DNA of 64,000 bases from a virus. This document shows positions 1 to 12,800 of this stretch, piece by piece. The stretch covers positions 1 to 64,000 of the IMG/VR virus record IMGVR_UViG_3300009181_000042; one strand, 5' to 3'. Position 1 is the first letter of the stretch, and the number at the start of each line of letters is the position of its first letter. The notes beneath the pieces are model-generated. The model did no database searches. It saw nothing but the letters and a program-made list of their open reading frames with translations, and was not told where the DNA came from. The position numbers and the translations under genes were made by a program.

Positions 1-33
1 GTAATGAACGCTATAATGCTAGTTTTATCATGG

Positions 34-40
34 CTAAATA
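34..40 (+). promoter_or_regulatory. T4-like late promoter motif CTAAATA
   Basis: Variant of TATAAATA 30 nt upstream of the baseplate operon; the same TAAATA core recurs before other structural genes. Confidence 0.55.
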
Positions 41-70
41 TCTACATAGATAGAGGTTCGTCAACTACTC

Positions 71-469
71 ATGGCCATGCTAGCACCCACAAAGGTCTTC
101 TACGGATTCAGCACCCTGGATACCAATAGCAAACAACAATCGTTTGCTGATGTACCGTTGATCGAACGCGACCTATTGAATCACTTTAACACATTGCCAG
201 GCGAACGAGTGATGATGCCATCATACGGTTGCAACATATGGAATTTACTGTTTGAACCGTTCGACGATGCGCTTGTGCAAGCAATAATTGCCGAAGCAGA
301 GAGAATAGTGTATTCTGATTCGAGAGTTGTGCTACAAAGCACTACAGTAAAAGAGTTCAATCAAGGGCTATTAGTGCAGATGCTGTTATATTATCAGCCA
401 TTTGGTGTGGTCAACACATTCAGTGTAGAATTTGATCGCAGAGCAGTCGCTATTGATAGCATAGGATGA
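71..469 (+). CDS. Baseplate wedge subunit, gp25/GPW-like
   Basis: 132 aa with the GERVMMPSYGCNIWNLLFEP and DSRV motifs typical of the gp25 family; precedes a gp6-like gene. Confidence 0.85.
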   Translation: MAMLAPTKVFYGFSTLDTNSKQQSFADVPLIERDLLNHFNTLPGERVMMPSYGCNIWNLLFEPFDDALVQAIIAEAERIVYSDSRVVLQSTTVKEFNQGLLVQMLLYYQPFGVVNTFSVEFDRRAVAIDSIG

Positions 470-481
470 TGAGAGAGACAC

Positions 482-3400
482 ATGGCAGTTAGTCAACAAC
501 AACGTCAAAAGCAGCTGTTTGCAGCAGAAGATTGGCAAGTCATATATCAGGCCTTTACGCAGGTCAATTTCAGTGCATATGACTTCCCAACCATACGCAC
601 TGCAATGGTCGAGTACATTCGTCTCAATTATCCAGAAGATTTCAATGACTGGACAGAGTCTAGCGAATTTGTAGCCATCATTGATCTGTTAGCGTATCTT
701 GGACAAAGCATTGCCTTCAGGATGGATCTCAACACCCGAGAAAACTTCCTCGATACAGCTCAACGCCGCGAAAGTATCTTCCGTCTAGCACGCATGCTGA
801 ATTATCAGCCGCAGCGTAGCATACCCAGTGCGGGGCTCCTAAAGGTAAACCAGATAGTCACTAACCAAGATGTGTATGACGCTAACGGTCTCAATCTCAA
901 GAACATACCCGTTAATTGGAACGACCAGAGCAATCCAGATTGGCAAGAGCAGTTCATATTGGTGCTTAATGCATCTTTGAACAGCACCAACTATTTTGGC
1001 AATCCGTTTAAGAGCGGAGTTGTTAATAACATACCTACTGACTTGTATGCTCTTAATAATACAGCTATACCTAGTAGTACCATAGGTTTTACAGCACCAG
1101 TTGCTGGTAACACAATGAACTTTGAGCTGGCAAATCCAGATTTCAATGGTGCATCTGGTGGCAATGCTACTGTGCTTGGCACCACAGGGTATTTCTTTGA
1201 ACGAAACCCCAATCCGATCAACAGTTGGTATATAATCTATCGCAACGACGGAAATGGTTATAGCAGCGTCGACACTGGATTCTTCTTGTTCTTTAAACAA
1301 GGCAGCATGGGATACGCAGATTATCTGCTAGATCTGGCAGTGGCAAACCGAGTTATTGATGTCAATGTAAACGGTATTAACCAGACAGACGTTTGGGTAC
1401 AGAACATCAACACTTCCGGTCTCGTGACAGCTGACTGGACTCCGGTACCTAGCGTTAACGGGTTCAACGTGATCTATAATAGTCTCAGTAAGAATATCAG
1501 AGACATCTACAGTGTGATCACCAGAGATAGTGGCGGATCAGATCAGATAAGTTTGAGATTTGCAGATGGTAACTTTGGTAATGTGCCTGTTGGGTTGCTG
1601 CGAGTATGGTATAGGATCAGTAACGGCTTGCAATATCAGATACGACCCACTGATATGACCAATCTCAAGTTTAATTTTGCTTATAATGACAATCTGTTCA
1701 ACACGTTCAGCTTGGCATTTAACACTAGCCTGCAATACACAGTTGCTAATAGCCAAACCACACAGAGTAACCAGCAGATAGCGCTAGCTGCCGAGCAGGT
1801 GTATTACACACAAGACCGTATGGTCAACGGCGAAGATTACAACATCTTCCCGCTGCAAAGCAGCTTAGCACTCAAGGTTAAAGCTGTAAATCGTACTTAT
1901 AGCGGTCAGAGTCGTTATATTGATATCAACGACCCAACTGGCACTTACCAAGATCTCAATGTGTTTGCCACAGATGGGATTCTTTACCAAGAAGAAGATA
2001 TCAACGCACAAGAAATAGTGATCAATATCGGCACGCCTAATAAGGTATATGTTGTAGATAACATACAACCAATGATCGACGGCGGTGCTAATTTTAAAAA
2101 TACAGCACTGGAACTTCAGGATTTTTATTACAAGAATTTTCCGCGGTATACTGCATCTGGACTGTATTGGTCATTACTTACAGCTGGTAGTGGCAACTGC
2201 ACCGGATCGTTTATGATAGGTACTCCACCAAACGGTGTAGCACAGCGACTGGGGACATCAGCTACTGCAGGCAGCGGCGAGGAATGTATTGCTGCAGGTA
2301 GTCTCATTAAATTGGTTAATTCTGCAAATGTATCAAACTGGACCAGTGTGGTCAGTGTCGTAGGCGACGGTACAGGTATAAACAATTCTGGTATCCTTTC
2401 ATCTGGATTGGGTGCAGTAACCCTAGCATCTGTGCAAGAGGATCTTAGCACAGTTAGCAGCATCTGCGCACCGTTTGAAACCACGTTGACCACCGACGAG
2501 ATTGATGCAATCACTGCAGCAATGAATACCAAACAAACTTTTGGTATTGGTTACGATCCACAAAATCAAACTTGGTATGTGATAACCAACACTAATCTCA
2601 GCACTAGTCCTGTATTCAGCTTAGAATTTGCTCAAGATACTACGAATACAAACAAAGATGCTAGCTGGTTATTAAAAGTAGTTTACAACACCAACAGCTG
2701 GATAGTGCAGTCTCGATCGCAACGTTATATCTTTGAAAGTGTTGATCAGGTCAGGTTCTACTTCTCTAATGCAGCAAAGACTATTAATCAAACGACTGGT
2801 TTGCCTCAATACGACTATGTAAGCGTGCTCGGTATAAACCCGGCACCTCTACCGCCTGCACCAGCACCCGCGCTTGGAACAGATTATCTCTGGCAAGTGT
2901 ATGGTCAAGAGATATACCCAGATGGATATGCCGATCCAGCTAGCGTTCGAGTTACCTTTTGGAGCAGCATAGATACACCGCTACCAAATGATCCTGATCA
3001 GTTTATTACTATCGTAAATCCGGATGTCACCCCGCCTAACAAATACGTGTTCTGGGTTAAGTACATTAGTGCAGAAGGGTACCAGTATTATCAACCAGTT
3101 GATATACTATCATCGCGCATCTATGCAACACCTGGGTCAGTTCCAACTCCGCCTGCAGGCGATTGGTTACCAGATGAAGTGGCATTTATCATCGCAACCA
3201 GTGCATTCTTGAGATACACAAACGGTGCACTGGTGGATGTTACAACAGAATATAAAGTTCGTATAGGGCGCAATAACATAAGCTATCTATGGAAGCATTA
3301 TGCCACCTATGATCAGCGTGTTGACCCAGCAGTGATGAATGTAATTGATTGTTTTGTGTTAACGTCGACATATGACACCAACATGAGAAATTGGATAGCG

Positions 3401-3898
3401 ATTAACGGTAGCGTTGATACTAAACCATTGCCTCCTACTACTGCGGAATTAAACAGTGCATTTGCATATTTTGAACAGTTCAAGATGATGACTGATCAGA
3501 TAATATGGCATCCAGTTGTTTATAAATTGCTGTTTGGTGCACAAGCGCAGTCAGAATATCAAGTGCTGTTTAAAGTAGTTAAAGTGCCTGGTACCACCTC
3601 AAGCGATAATGAAGTCAAGAGCCAAGTTAAGTCACAGATAGATGCATATTTCAGTCTCAGTAATTGGGATTTTGGGCAAAGCTTCTTCTTTACAGAGATG
3701 TCTACTTACATACAGATGAACTTGGCAACTATCGTAGCTACGATAGTAATGGTACCAACTAGCGGATCTGCTAAATTTGGTGATTTGTTTGAGATAATTG
3801 CAAATCCAGATGAGATATTCATTAGCTGCGCTACGGTAGCAAACATAGTAATAGTCGGAAGCCTAACAGAAGCTCAACTGGGGATAACAAATGGTTGA
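482..3898 (+). CDS. Baseplate wedge protein (T4 gp6-like)
   Basis: 1138 aa; N-terminal YDF..IR..YPEDFND..ESSE..IIDLLAY..ENFLDTA.RRES..RLARMLNY; FADGNFG and QDRMVNGEDY motifs. Confidence 0.8.
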   Translation: MAVSQQQRQKQLFAAEDWQVIYQAFTQVNFSAYDFPTIRTAMVEYIRLNYPEDFNDWTESSEFVAIIDLLAYLGQSIAFRMDLNTRENFLDTAQRRESIFRLARMLNYQPQRSIPSAGLLKVNQIVTNQDVYDANGLNLKNIPVNWNDQSNPDWQEQFILVLNASLNSTNYFGNPFKSGVVNNIPTDLYALNNTAIPSSTIGFTAPVAGNTMNFELANPDFNGASGGNATVLGTTGYFFERNPNPINSWYIIYRNDGNGYSSVDTGFFLFFKQGSMGYADYLLDLAVANRVIDVNVNGINQTDVWVQNINTSGLVTADWTPVPSVNGFNVIYNSLSKNIRDIYSVITRDSGGSDQISLRFADGNFGNVPVGLLRVWYRISNGLQYQIRPTDMTNLKFNFAYNDNLFNTFSLAFNTSLQYTVANSQTTQSNQQIALAAEQVYYTQDRMVNGEDYNIFPLQSSLALKVKAVNRTYSGQSRYIDINDPTGTYQDLNVFATDGILYQEEDINAQEIVINIGTPNKVYVVDNIQPMIDGGANFKNTALELQDFYYKNFPRYTASGLYWSLLTAGSGNCTGSFMIGTPPNGVAQRLGTSATAGSGEECIAAGSLIKLVNSANVSNWTSVVSVVGDGTGINNSGILSSGLGAVTLASVQEDLSTVSSICAPFETTLTTDEIDAITAAMNTKQTFGIGYDPQNQTWYVITNTNLSTSPVFSLEFAQDTTNTNKDASWLLKVVYNTNSWIVQSRSQRYIFESVDQVRFYFSNAAKTINQTTGLPQYDYVSVLGINPAPLPPAPAPALGTDYLWQVYGQEIYPDGYADPASVRVTFWSSIDTPLPNDPDQFITIVNPDVTPPNKYVFWVKYISAEGYQYYQPVDILSSRIYATPGSVPTPPAGDWLPDEVAFIIATSAFLRYTNGALVDVTTEYKVRIGRNNISYLWKHYATYDQRVDPAVMNVIDCFVLTSTYDTNMRNWIAINGSVDTKPLPPTTAELNSAFAYFEQFKMMTDQIIWHPVVYKLLFGAQAQSEYQVLFKVVKVPGTTSSDNEVKSQVKSQIDAYFSLSNWDFGQSFFFTEMSTYIQMNLATIVATIVMVPTSGSAKFGDLFEIIANPDEIFISCATVANIVIVGSLTEAQLGITNG

Positions 3899-6800
3899 TC
3901 GCAGAAGACCTATAAAGTTACTGCCTGGAGTTAATCAGACTGACACTCTGACTAAATTCTTTGCAGCCACAGTTGATCACTTGTTCCAACCAGAGAGTGT
4001 TGAATTCTTAGGTGGGTATATAGGCACCAAACCAACGTACTATGATGCTAAGAAAGATTTTTACGTCGGTGAGCCCACTAAATCCAGAGCTGATTATCAG
4101 TTGCCAGTTACTGCTGTCAGTGCCAATCAGTTCAGTGGCAGGGTTACCAATATCATGTTTTACCATGATTACGTTAACTCTCTGCAATTTAATGGGGCTG
4201 TAACTGCTAATCAAAGCAGATTGTTTGAACAGGACTATTACAGCTGGTCGCCGCCTATTGATATAGATAAGCTGTTAAATTACACCAATTACTATTGGGT
4301 ACCAGCTGCACCGGAACCTATACTCTTGCTAGGTAATACAGATTTTGAAAATGATGTTATAGGTAAAGCACAATATACCTATAACGGGCCATATCAATTG
4401 ACCAGTACTGGCAAGATAGTCACTGATACACCGTTGGTATTCACTACTGGTTTAGTGGTGGTGGCTACCTATAATGCTAACCCTGCTTATAATAATGTCC
4501 AGTACATCATTGACAATGTAGGGCGCCATATAGAATTATTGCTAGCAAACGATCTCATCGACACTACATGGGATGTTAAGGGGTGGGATACCGTTGGTTG
4601 GGGCGGCGACGACAACACATATATCAAAGATTATATAACCATTGCTAGAACTCAGAATCCTAACAATCTATGGAGTGCAAGCAACAAATGGTTCCATATT
4701 GATGTGCTGACTGTGAGCGGTACTACCAGCACCACGCTGTTCCAACAGCGAGCAGCCAGGCCAATCATTGAGTTTGAAGGTAACTTGCAGTTGTATAATA
4801 ATGGCAGCAGGGGCCGACCAGCTGTGAAGTATCTAATAGCAGATGTACCAAATGTGCTTGTGAGCATAGTTGGACAAACATCTTATATGGTCAATGAGGT
4901 TGACCTTAAAGATGGTGATACACTGTTAGTTACTGGAGACAGCGATCCGTTAGTTAATAACCGTGTATACGAAGTTGGCGGATTAGAAACTCTCGGAGTT
5001 ATTACTCTTACACTTGTTGGCGGCGCGCCGTTGCTTGGCGATGCAATATTTGTAAACAATGATATTGTAACTGTTAGAACGGTTACATATATAGTAGGCG
5101 TGCAGTACTGGTACAACGGTACAGAATGGATTCTCGCTCAACAACGGGTACCGTATGTAGCACCATTGTTCCAACTTTACGATCAAGATGGCAATAGGTT
5201 AGATGATCCTAGTGTGTATCCAAATAGCACGTTTGCAGGAAACAGTATCTTCACCTATGCAAGTGATGTGTATGCTACAATTGATGTAGAACTTGGACTT
5301 AGCCCAAAGACTGACCAATTTGGCGACTATGTGTTTAATAATACACTGGTTACAGAAACGTATCAGTACCAGTATAATGCAAGTTTAAGCACTATACAGG
5401 GATATGCATATTATAGAAACAATAGCCCAGTTGACGAGCAGTATAATAACGCTTGGTACAAAGCACCGCAGCCAAGCCGCCAATATATTGTCAATGATTT
5501 TATAGTAAATTCTATTACCTCTAGCTTTACAATAGATCAGATTCCTGACCCAAATCCCGGATTTCTTCCTAGCCTATACGTAACTTTAATAACTGATCAG
5601 ATTAGTACATCGCTAGTAAATGGAACAGATTACACAGTATCAGCTAATGTGGTCACACTGGTAATTCCTGCCTATAGCGGGCAGCGGGTGTTAATTCGTA
5701 GCTGGAGCAGAACAGCTCCCATAAACTATCTTGGTTATTATGAATTACCATTAAACCTAACAGCTAATCCAGATAATCTTCAGATAACCACTTTGAGCCA
5801 AAGCCAGTTTTTTGCACAATTTGCATCTATCATCAGTAATCAACCAGGTATAGAAGGCAACCCAGTTGACGTTAATAACTGGAGAGATACTCCTAGAATA
5901 CGCGGATTAGGTCTTAACATATTACAGCACCGTGCCCCGATGACCAAGTCTATGATACTCAACAGTGGCAATATCACAGTTGGTATCAACAGTGTGCAGA
6001 ACAATACTAGTCCAATGCAAGCGATGCAATATGCACAGCGCGACTATGTAAGATTCTACAATAGATTCATATCTGCATTATTCACGCTATCGGCTAACGG
6101 ATATACTGCAAATCAATCGCCGCAGACCTGGGTAACTGCAGCACTGACACAGATCAACTTGGGTAAGAATCCAACTAGCCCGTGGGCTAATAGCGGCCCA
6201 GATGGTCCTAAGGCTGGTTATACCTATCTCAAGAGCACTGCGCCTACATACGTAACGCCTACTGGTACTCGACTTGGTGTAAGCAAGGCATATCAGCCAA
6301 CGGTGTATTACGACGGCCTAGACCTGTACATACAGTGCCACGACGGTGCTCGCATCGTTATGGCAAAAGATGGCATACCACTGGGCAGTATACAATACGG
6401 ATTAACTTCGACCAGTAAACCAGACTTATTGACTAATCCAGTATCATCTGCATGGTTACAGTTTGAGCTTGACCTCTTTAACAACATGCCAGATGCATAT
6501 TCTGATCCGCAAGCAATAATGGCCTTGGATATCACCATATATACTCCGGGCAGGTGGCGACCTGGTGATTACACCGTTGGCGAATATCTCGCAGTGACCT
6601 ATCCAATGTTTGATCGTTGGGTAATAAACAACCAAATTGATTATCGTGCCAATACTACCTACGATCCCAACGATCCGTTTACTTGGAACTACGCTGAGAT
6701 GCGAGATGCAAATGGACAGCGTGTTCCTGGATATTGGCAGGGTATATATCGCTGGTATTACGATACTGATCGTCCTCATCTAGCACCGTGGGAGATGCTA

Positions 6801-9800
6801 GGATTCAGCCAGCAGCCTGTGTGGTGGACTGATGAGTACGGACCAGCACCGTATACTCGCGGTAACACATATATGTGGCAAGATCTCGCAGCAGGCCTGA
6901 TACGTCGCGGCCCAAGAGCAGGTATATATCCGGCAGGTGTCAGACCCGGACTGCTTAGTTGCATACCAGTTGATGACCAAGGTAATCTGTTGCCTCCGCA
7001 ACAAGCCAACACAGTAACAAGCCAGCCATCGTCAGCACAAGCATCAGCAGCTTGGGTATTTGGCGACGGCGGTCCGGTTGAATCTGTTTGGATATACAGT
7101 AACGAATATAGCTTTGTGGTAGCACAATACAGTTACCTAATGAAACCGGCACAGTTTGTAGAATACAACTGGGACACTCTGCGTTTCCAGCAGGTCTTTC
7201 CTACCCAACCTACTACACAAAGTATCTACATAGATACTCTCAACAGACGACCAAATTCACAACTGTATGTGCATCGTGAAAATCCTTCGGCAATTGGCGG
7301 TAATATACAGATACCAAACGAAAGCACACTAACTTATTATGGCAGTGGCGGTATCCAGCATTGGATATCTGAGTTCATAGTCAGCCAAAATCTCAATGTT
7401 ACTCAATATTTTGGTAGCATCGTGCGCGGTACTAATGTGCAATTGGCTCACCAGTGTGGCGGGTTTGTTGGAAGTAATCTATACCTGACAGCCGATAGCT
7501 TTGGGCAGATAGGTTATACAAGCCAGCTGATACCCGCTGAAAATGTCAAGACCTATCTCTATAAGAGTGCTAGCATCAAAGAATCTTTCTATTCTGGGGT
7601 GATAGTAACGCAAGTAGTTGACGGATATCGTGTAGTTGGATATAACGGCATTGACCAGTTCTTCCTCACAATACCTAGCAATACATTTGGGGCTAAGACA
7701 ACTGTAGTAGTTGGCAAGGATCGAATAACTTGGTATAAGACCGGCGTCAAGGCTGCGCAAGAAGTGCCGTATGGTACAGTGTTTGCGACCAAACAGCTGG
7801 TATTTGACTTCCTTGTGAGTTTACAACGATTTCAGGAATTCCAGGGTTGGGTGTTTGACCAATACAATGCTGACAGCAATACCACCCTTGATTGGATTCA
7901 GAGTGGACGCGAATTCTTATTCTGGAGCCAAGGCAACTGGGCAGATGGTAACTTCATTGCACTAAGCCCGCTAGCAATCAATGCTAAATTCGTGCAGAAA
8001 TTTGGTACTGTGCAGTTTGTCAATGGCATCGTTGGCGGCACCTATCCAGTAATAGACAAGACTGGTAATAGGATAGACGGCGGCAGCCTGGAAGTGCTAC
8101 GCTACGATGATACCATAACTATCAATGCGATTGGCACACAAAATATCTATGGCATGCGATTGTTTGCTACAACGATCGAAAGTGCTATATTGATAGATAA
8201 TTTGACTAGCTTTGATGATACGGTCTATGACCCGTTGTACAATATAGCACAACCTAGATTGAAGTTGTTTGCATACCGTACAAACGATTGGAACGGTCGC
8301 GTTGATGCGCCTGGATACTTCCTCTATCAAGACGGTACAGATAACCAATGGTCGTTGGTTCCAAACTTTGAAAAAACTGCCAATGACTTCCGCAAATATT
8401 ACAATATAGATCAACCAAAGAACTATAACACTATAGATCCAGTGACTGGCAATCTTGTAGTTAGCGGAACAGAGTTGGCTGCAGTCGATGTGCAATCTAT
8501 ATCAGCTCTCAGCAAGCATCAGATTGGCTATCAAAACAGGCCATACTTGAGTAACCTGCTGTTGGAAGAAAGCACAGAGTTCCAATTCTACCAAGGATTC
8601 ATAAGGCAGAAAGGAACACTGCGCGGGTTCGACACAATACTGCGAAATGACACGATTGCCCCTATAGGCAGCAATTATGTCTATTACGAAGAATATGCAT
8701 TGCGTGCTGCTAGATTTGGATCTACTGCACTAAACACCGGAATTGATTTTGTGATACCACAGAGTCAGTATATCAATGATCCTCAGCAAATAACAGTGTT
8801 TGGAGTGCAAGGAAGTAGCAGAGAATTAGATGGTATTATCACATTAATACCAAATGATCCATTGATAGTAGTGCCGCCGACCAGTTATAGCAGCGTAACC
8901 AACGTGCTGTTTCCTCTGCGACCAGAAATTGGTCCAGATTGGAACACTGACCTGCCAACCACTGGGTATGTGTTGCTTGGCGAAACTACATTTGCAATAT
9001 CAAATACATCTGTGCTAAGCACTTTCTGGGAAACACAAAATACATTGGGCGTACCGTTAGTGAGCGGTGACACTATTTGGCAATTTATTGACGAAAAACA
9101 AAGCTGGACAGTCTGGAAGTATGCTACGTCACCTATCAATATAGTCAATACTACACCAAGCACAAACTCTGGCGACCCAACTGTGATCAACTGCAGTGGT
9201 AATGTTGGGGTTAAATCCGGTGATATCATTGTGCTGGACGGTATCAGCAATGTTGCTACACTGCAAGGCACGTACACTGTTGGAAACATAGTAGGCAACG
9301 GTAATAGCTTTACAGTACCTGTTAACACCTTCTCTATTGGTGCCGGCGGTAATGTAAGCGTCTATAAGACCACAAGATTTGCCACTACATACGAGCGAGA
9401 CGTGTATCCACCAACCGGCGGATGGCAATCTGGTGATATAGCATATGTTGATAAGACTAGCTACGGCATCAATGGCTGGACAGTGTATTCTTACAGCAAC
9501 AGTGGATGGATGCCTATAAGATCAGAGCAACTTAAAGTTAACGCATCTCTGATGCTGCAAGGCAAGCTGTACAATCAACAGAGTTTAACGATATATGATT
9601 ATCTAGAATACTATGATCCAGCCAAGGGATTCATTCCCAATGCAGCTAGGAAACATCTAGATAAGATCAGCATCTATGATCCGGCTAGCTATAATACCGG
9701 AGATGACACGCTGTATCCATTAAATCCGTCGCGTGCTTGGGGACCAGAACATGTTGGAGAGACTTGGTGGAATCTCAGCAGCGTTAGATATGTTGATTAT

Positions 9801-12800
9801 GAGATCAGCACCACTGCATATCGTTGGCAGAACTGGGGCAAGATTGCACAAGGTACTACAGTTGATGTTTACGAATGGGTAGAAAGCCCTGTTTCACCGT
9901 CTCAGTGGTCAACATATGTAGCTAATAACACTAACTTTTCACAATACGGCGTAAATTACATACCAACCGGGTTGGTCTTAAATGCCGACAATCCGGCTTA
10001 TACCACTCGGATAGTTTATACAGCTGCCAACACACCGCAGACTAGGTATTATTTCTGGGTCAAAGATGCTACCACGTTGCCGTTACCTCCGGATCGGTCG
10101 ATATCTACCCTTGAGATCAGTAATATCATAACATATCCAACCAGATATGGTGTACGCTGGTATGCTGCGATAGACGAGCGTAATATCTTAGTTGCAAACA
10201 TTGGTTATGCGTTAAGTGGGCTCAACACAGTGCTCAGCTTACTCTACACACATCAAGCAAATAACCAAAACGATTTTAAACAATGGGATCTAGTTCGTCC
10301 AAACGATCCAACTAGCATACCAAGCGACTACTTTTGGCTAAAGTTAAAAAACAGCCTCACTAGCAAAGATGGTCAAGACCAAAACGTTCCGGATCCATAT
10401 CTTAGCAATATCATGCGATATGGAACTCTAATACGGCCTAGGCAGAGCTGGTTCAAATACAGAATAGCAGCAGCTGAAACGTATGTGAACGAGGCCAACA
10501 AGCTGTTGGGTACAATACTATTGGTACCAGATATCAATCGCAGTGATTGGGTAGATTATTTCAATCTAGCCGAACCAGAGCCAGCTGCTGATTATACTGT
10601 TGGTACTATCTCTAGCAGAGACGGATTGAGTGGCACTATACCAGATCAATCAACCGTTCTAGTGCAAGCTGGTGCCGATACAAATAATCTCTGGGTACTT
10701 TACCAATATTTCTTTAATGACCGAGATTATTATTGGGAAGAGCTACAAGTACAAGCGTATAACACACCAAACTATTGGTATTATGTTGACTGGTATCTAA
10801 AAGATAGCGGAGTGACTAGTAACACGATACCAGATTACACAGTTGATACTACTGCTGATAGGACCCCTTACGAAGGTCAAGATGGTGTAGTTGTGAAAGT
10901 TGATAACATCGGTGATGGTCGTTGGGCATTATATAAATGGATCACCTCAACCAATGTAAGCGAGTGGGTAACTGTTGGGTATCAGGACGGCACCATACAG
11001 ATCAGCACAGGTGTGTATGACGGCAGCATCAACACTATGCTGTTTGGTACCACCCCGTTTGACACTACAGGATTTGATATCTTCCCGTATGTTGAATTTG
11101 GCAGCATGATTGATGGATTACGCAATGTGGTATTTGCTAATCCAAATCCTGCAGTGCCCGGTGAAAGTGTATATCTCAATCAGTTATTTTTTGCAATGAT
11201 CAATTATGTGTTGGTGGAGCAGGGATTCGTCGATTGGATATTCAAGACCAGCTTTGTTACCCTAGACGGATTTAATGTACCTCTAACTACTAGTCAGCTA
11301 TATCAGCCTGATTACAGCGAAGCATTGTTAGAATATCTCAATGAGGTTAAGCCGTATCATACCAAAGTTAGATCGTTCATTACCCATCGCACATGGCAGG
11401 ATAACGTTGCTATACATCCAACAGACTTTGATAATCCTGCCAACGTGAGCGTGTCTACTAATATTGCCTATAGCAACGCCGATTGGCAAAACAACTATCT
11501 AACCAATCCAGAGTTGATACGAACTCTCAAAATGAAACTGGTCTTTGATCGTATTGCAAGCACTTCAATTGGTTGGGCATCATTTCCTTGGGATATCAAA
11601 GCATGGCAGTTTGAGAACAACACAACAGCTGATTACATAGACTGGGGTGCGTTTACACGTATATTAGAATTTTATGCACCAACTGCCGATATGATACGTA
11701 AGGATGACCCAAATCTAATAACCAACAGTGATTATCGTGGTATAATCATGGATAGCATTGGATTCAATTTTGCACCGGGTTGGCAACAATCACCGTGGGA
11801 TAATCCAACTGGATGGGAAGCAGGGGCAGCAGCGTTCACCGACTATCTAGATATCATTGTGCAAGGCGGTATAGTACCCGAGTATGATAAATTCTACGGC
11901 ACTGGTAGCAAGCGGGCATTTAGATTAACTCGCTTGCCTCAAAGTCCTTCTATGTTAGTAGTCTGGGCAGACGGTGTGCTACAGCAATACGGTGTTGATT
12001 GGATAGTACCGAACTACATCACAGATCTTCTGCTAGCATCGGGTGGCAGCGGGTACACAGTCGGCGACAGGCTGCAGCTCGACATAATACCAAATGTAGC
12101 CCCAACTATTATTGCAGTAACTGCGGTTGATGCGTTTGGAGCGATAGTTGAATGGACGCTAGAAACCACTGGGTCGTATGATATATTCGTTGGGTCTGCC
12201 GTATCAGTGCAGTATGTTCCGTATACTACAGGCACCGGTGCAGATGCAATGTTCCAACCAGTGTGGGGCGGCAACTCGTTAGTATTCTATAATGCACCAA
12301 ACAGCAATGCATCTCCGAATATATTTGTATTGTATGTTGGTACAACCTTCTTGCCTGCACCAACTGGTCCTATTGACATTATCAATGACGGTAACCAGTT
12401 CATTCAGCCATACGTTGGAGAAGATCACCCAGAGGAACTATATAAGTTTCGGTTACCAACTAGCATGCGAATGGATGTATATCAGAACTCGGCCGGCGGT
12501 GCACCGCTGATATACATGCGAATTTACCAATTAGATGGTACTAGAGATCATTTCCCACTGGGAATACAACCGATGGATCACTCGTCGGTGATAGCTCAGA
12601 TAGACGGACAAATGTTAACATACGGTCTAACAAATGATTTTGTGATCAATTGGGCCACTAACACTATGGTATTCTTGACAGCACCAGTTGGGTCAACATT
12701 ACAAATTATCACTATTGCACCAGGTGGCACAGGCATTGGTATTGTTAATCCTCGTGTAGTTTCTCCTGGTATTGGATATGTACCCGGCGACTTTATAACA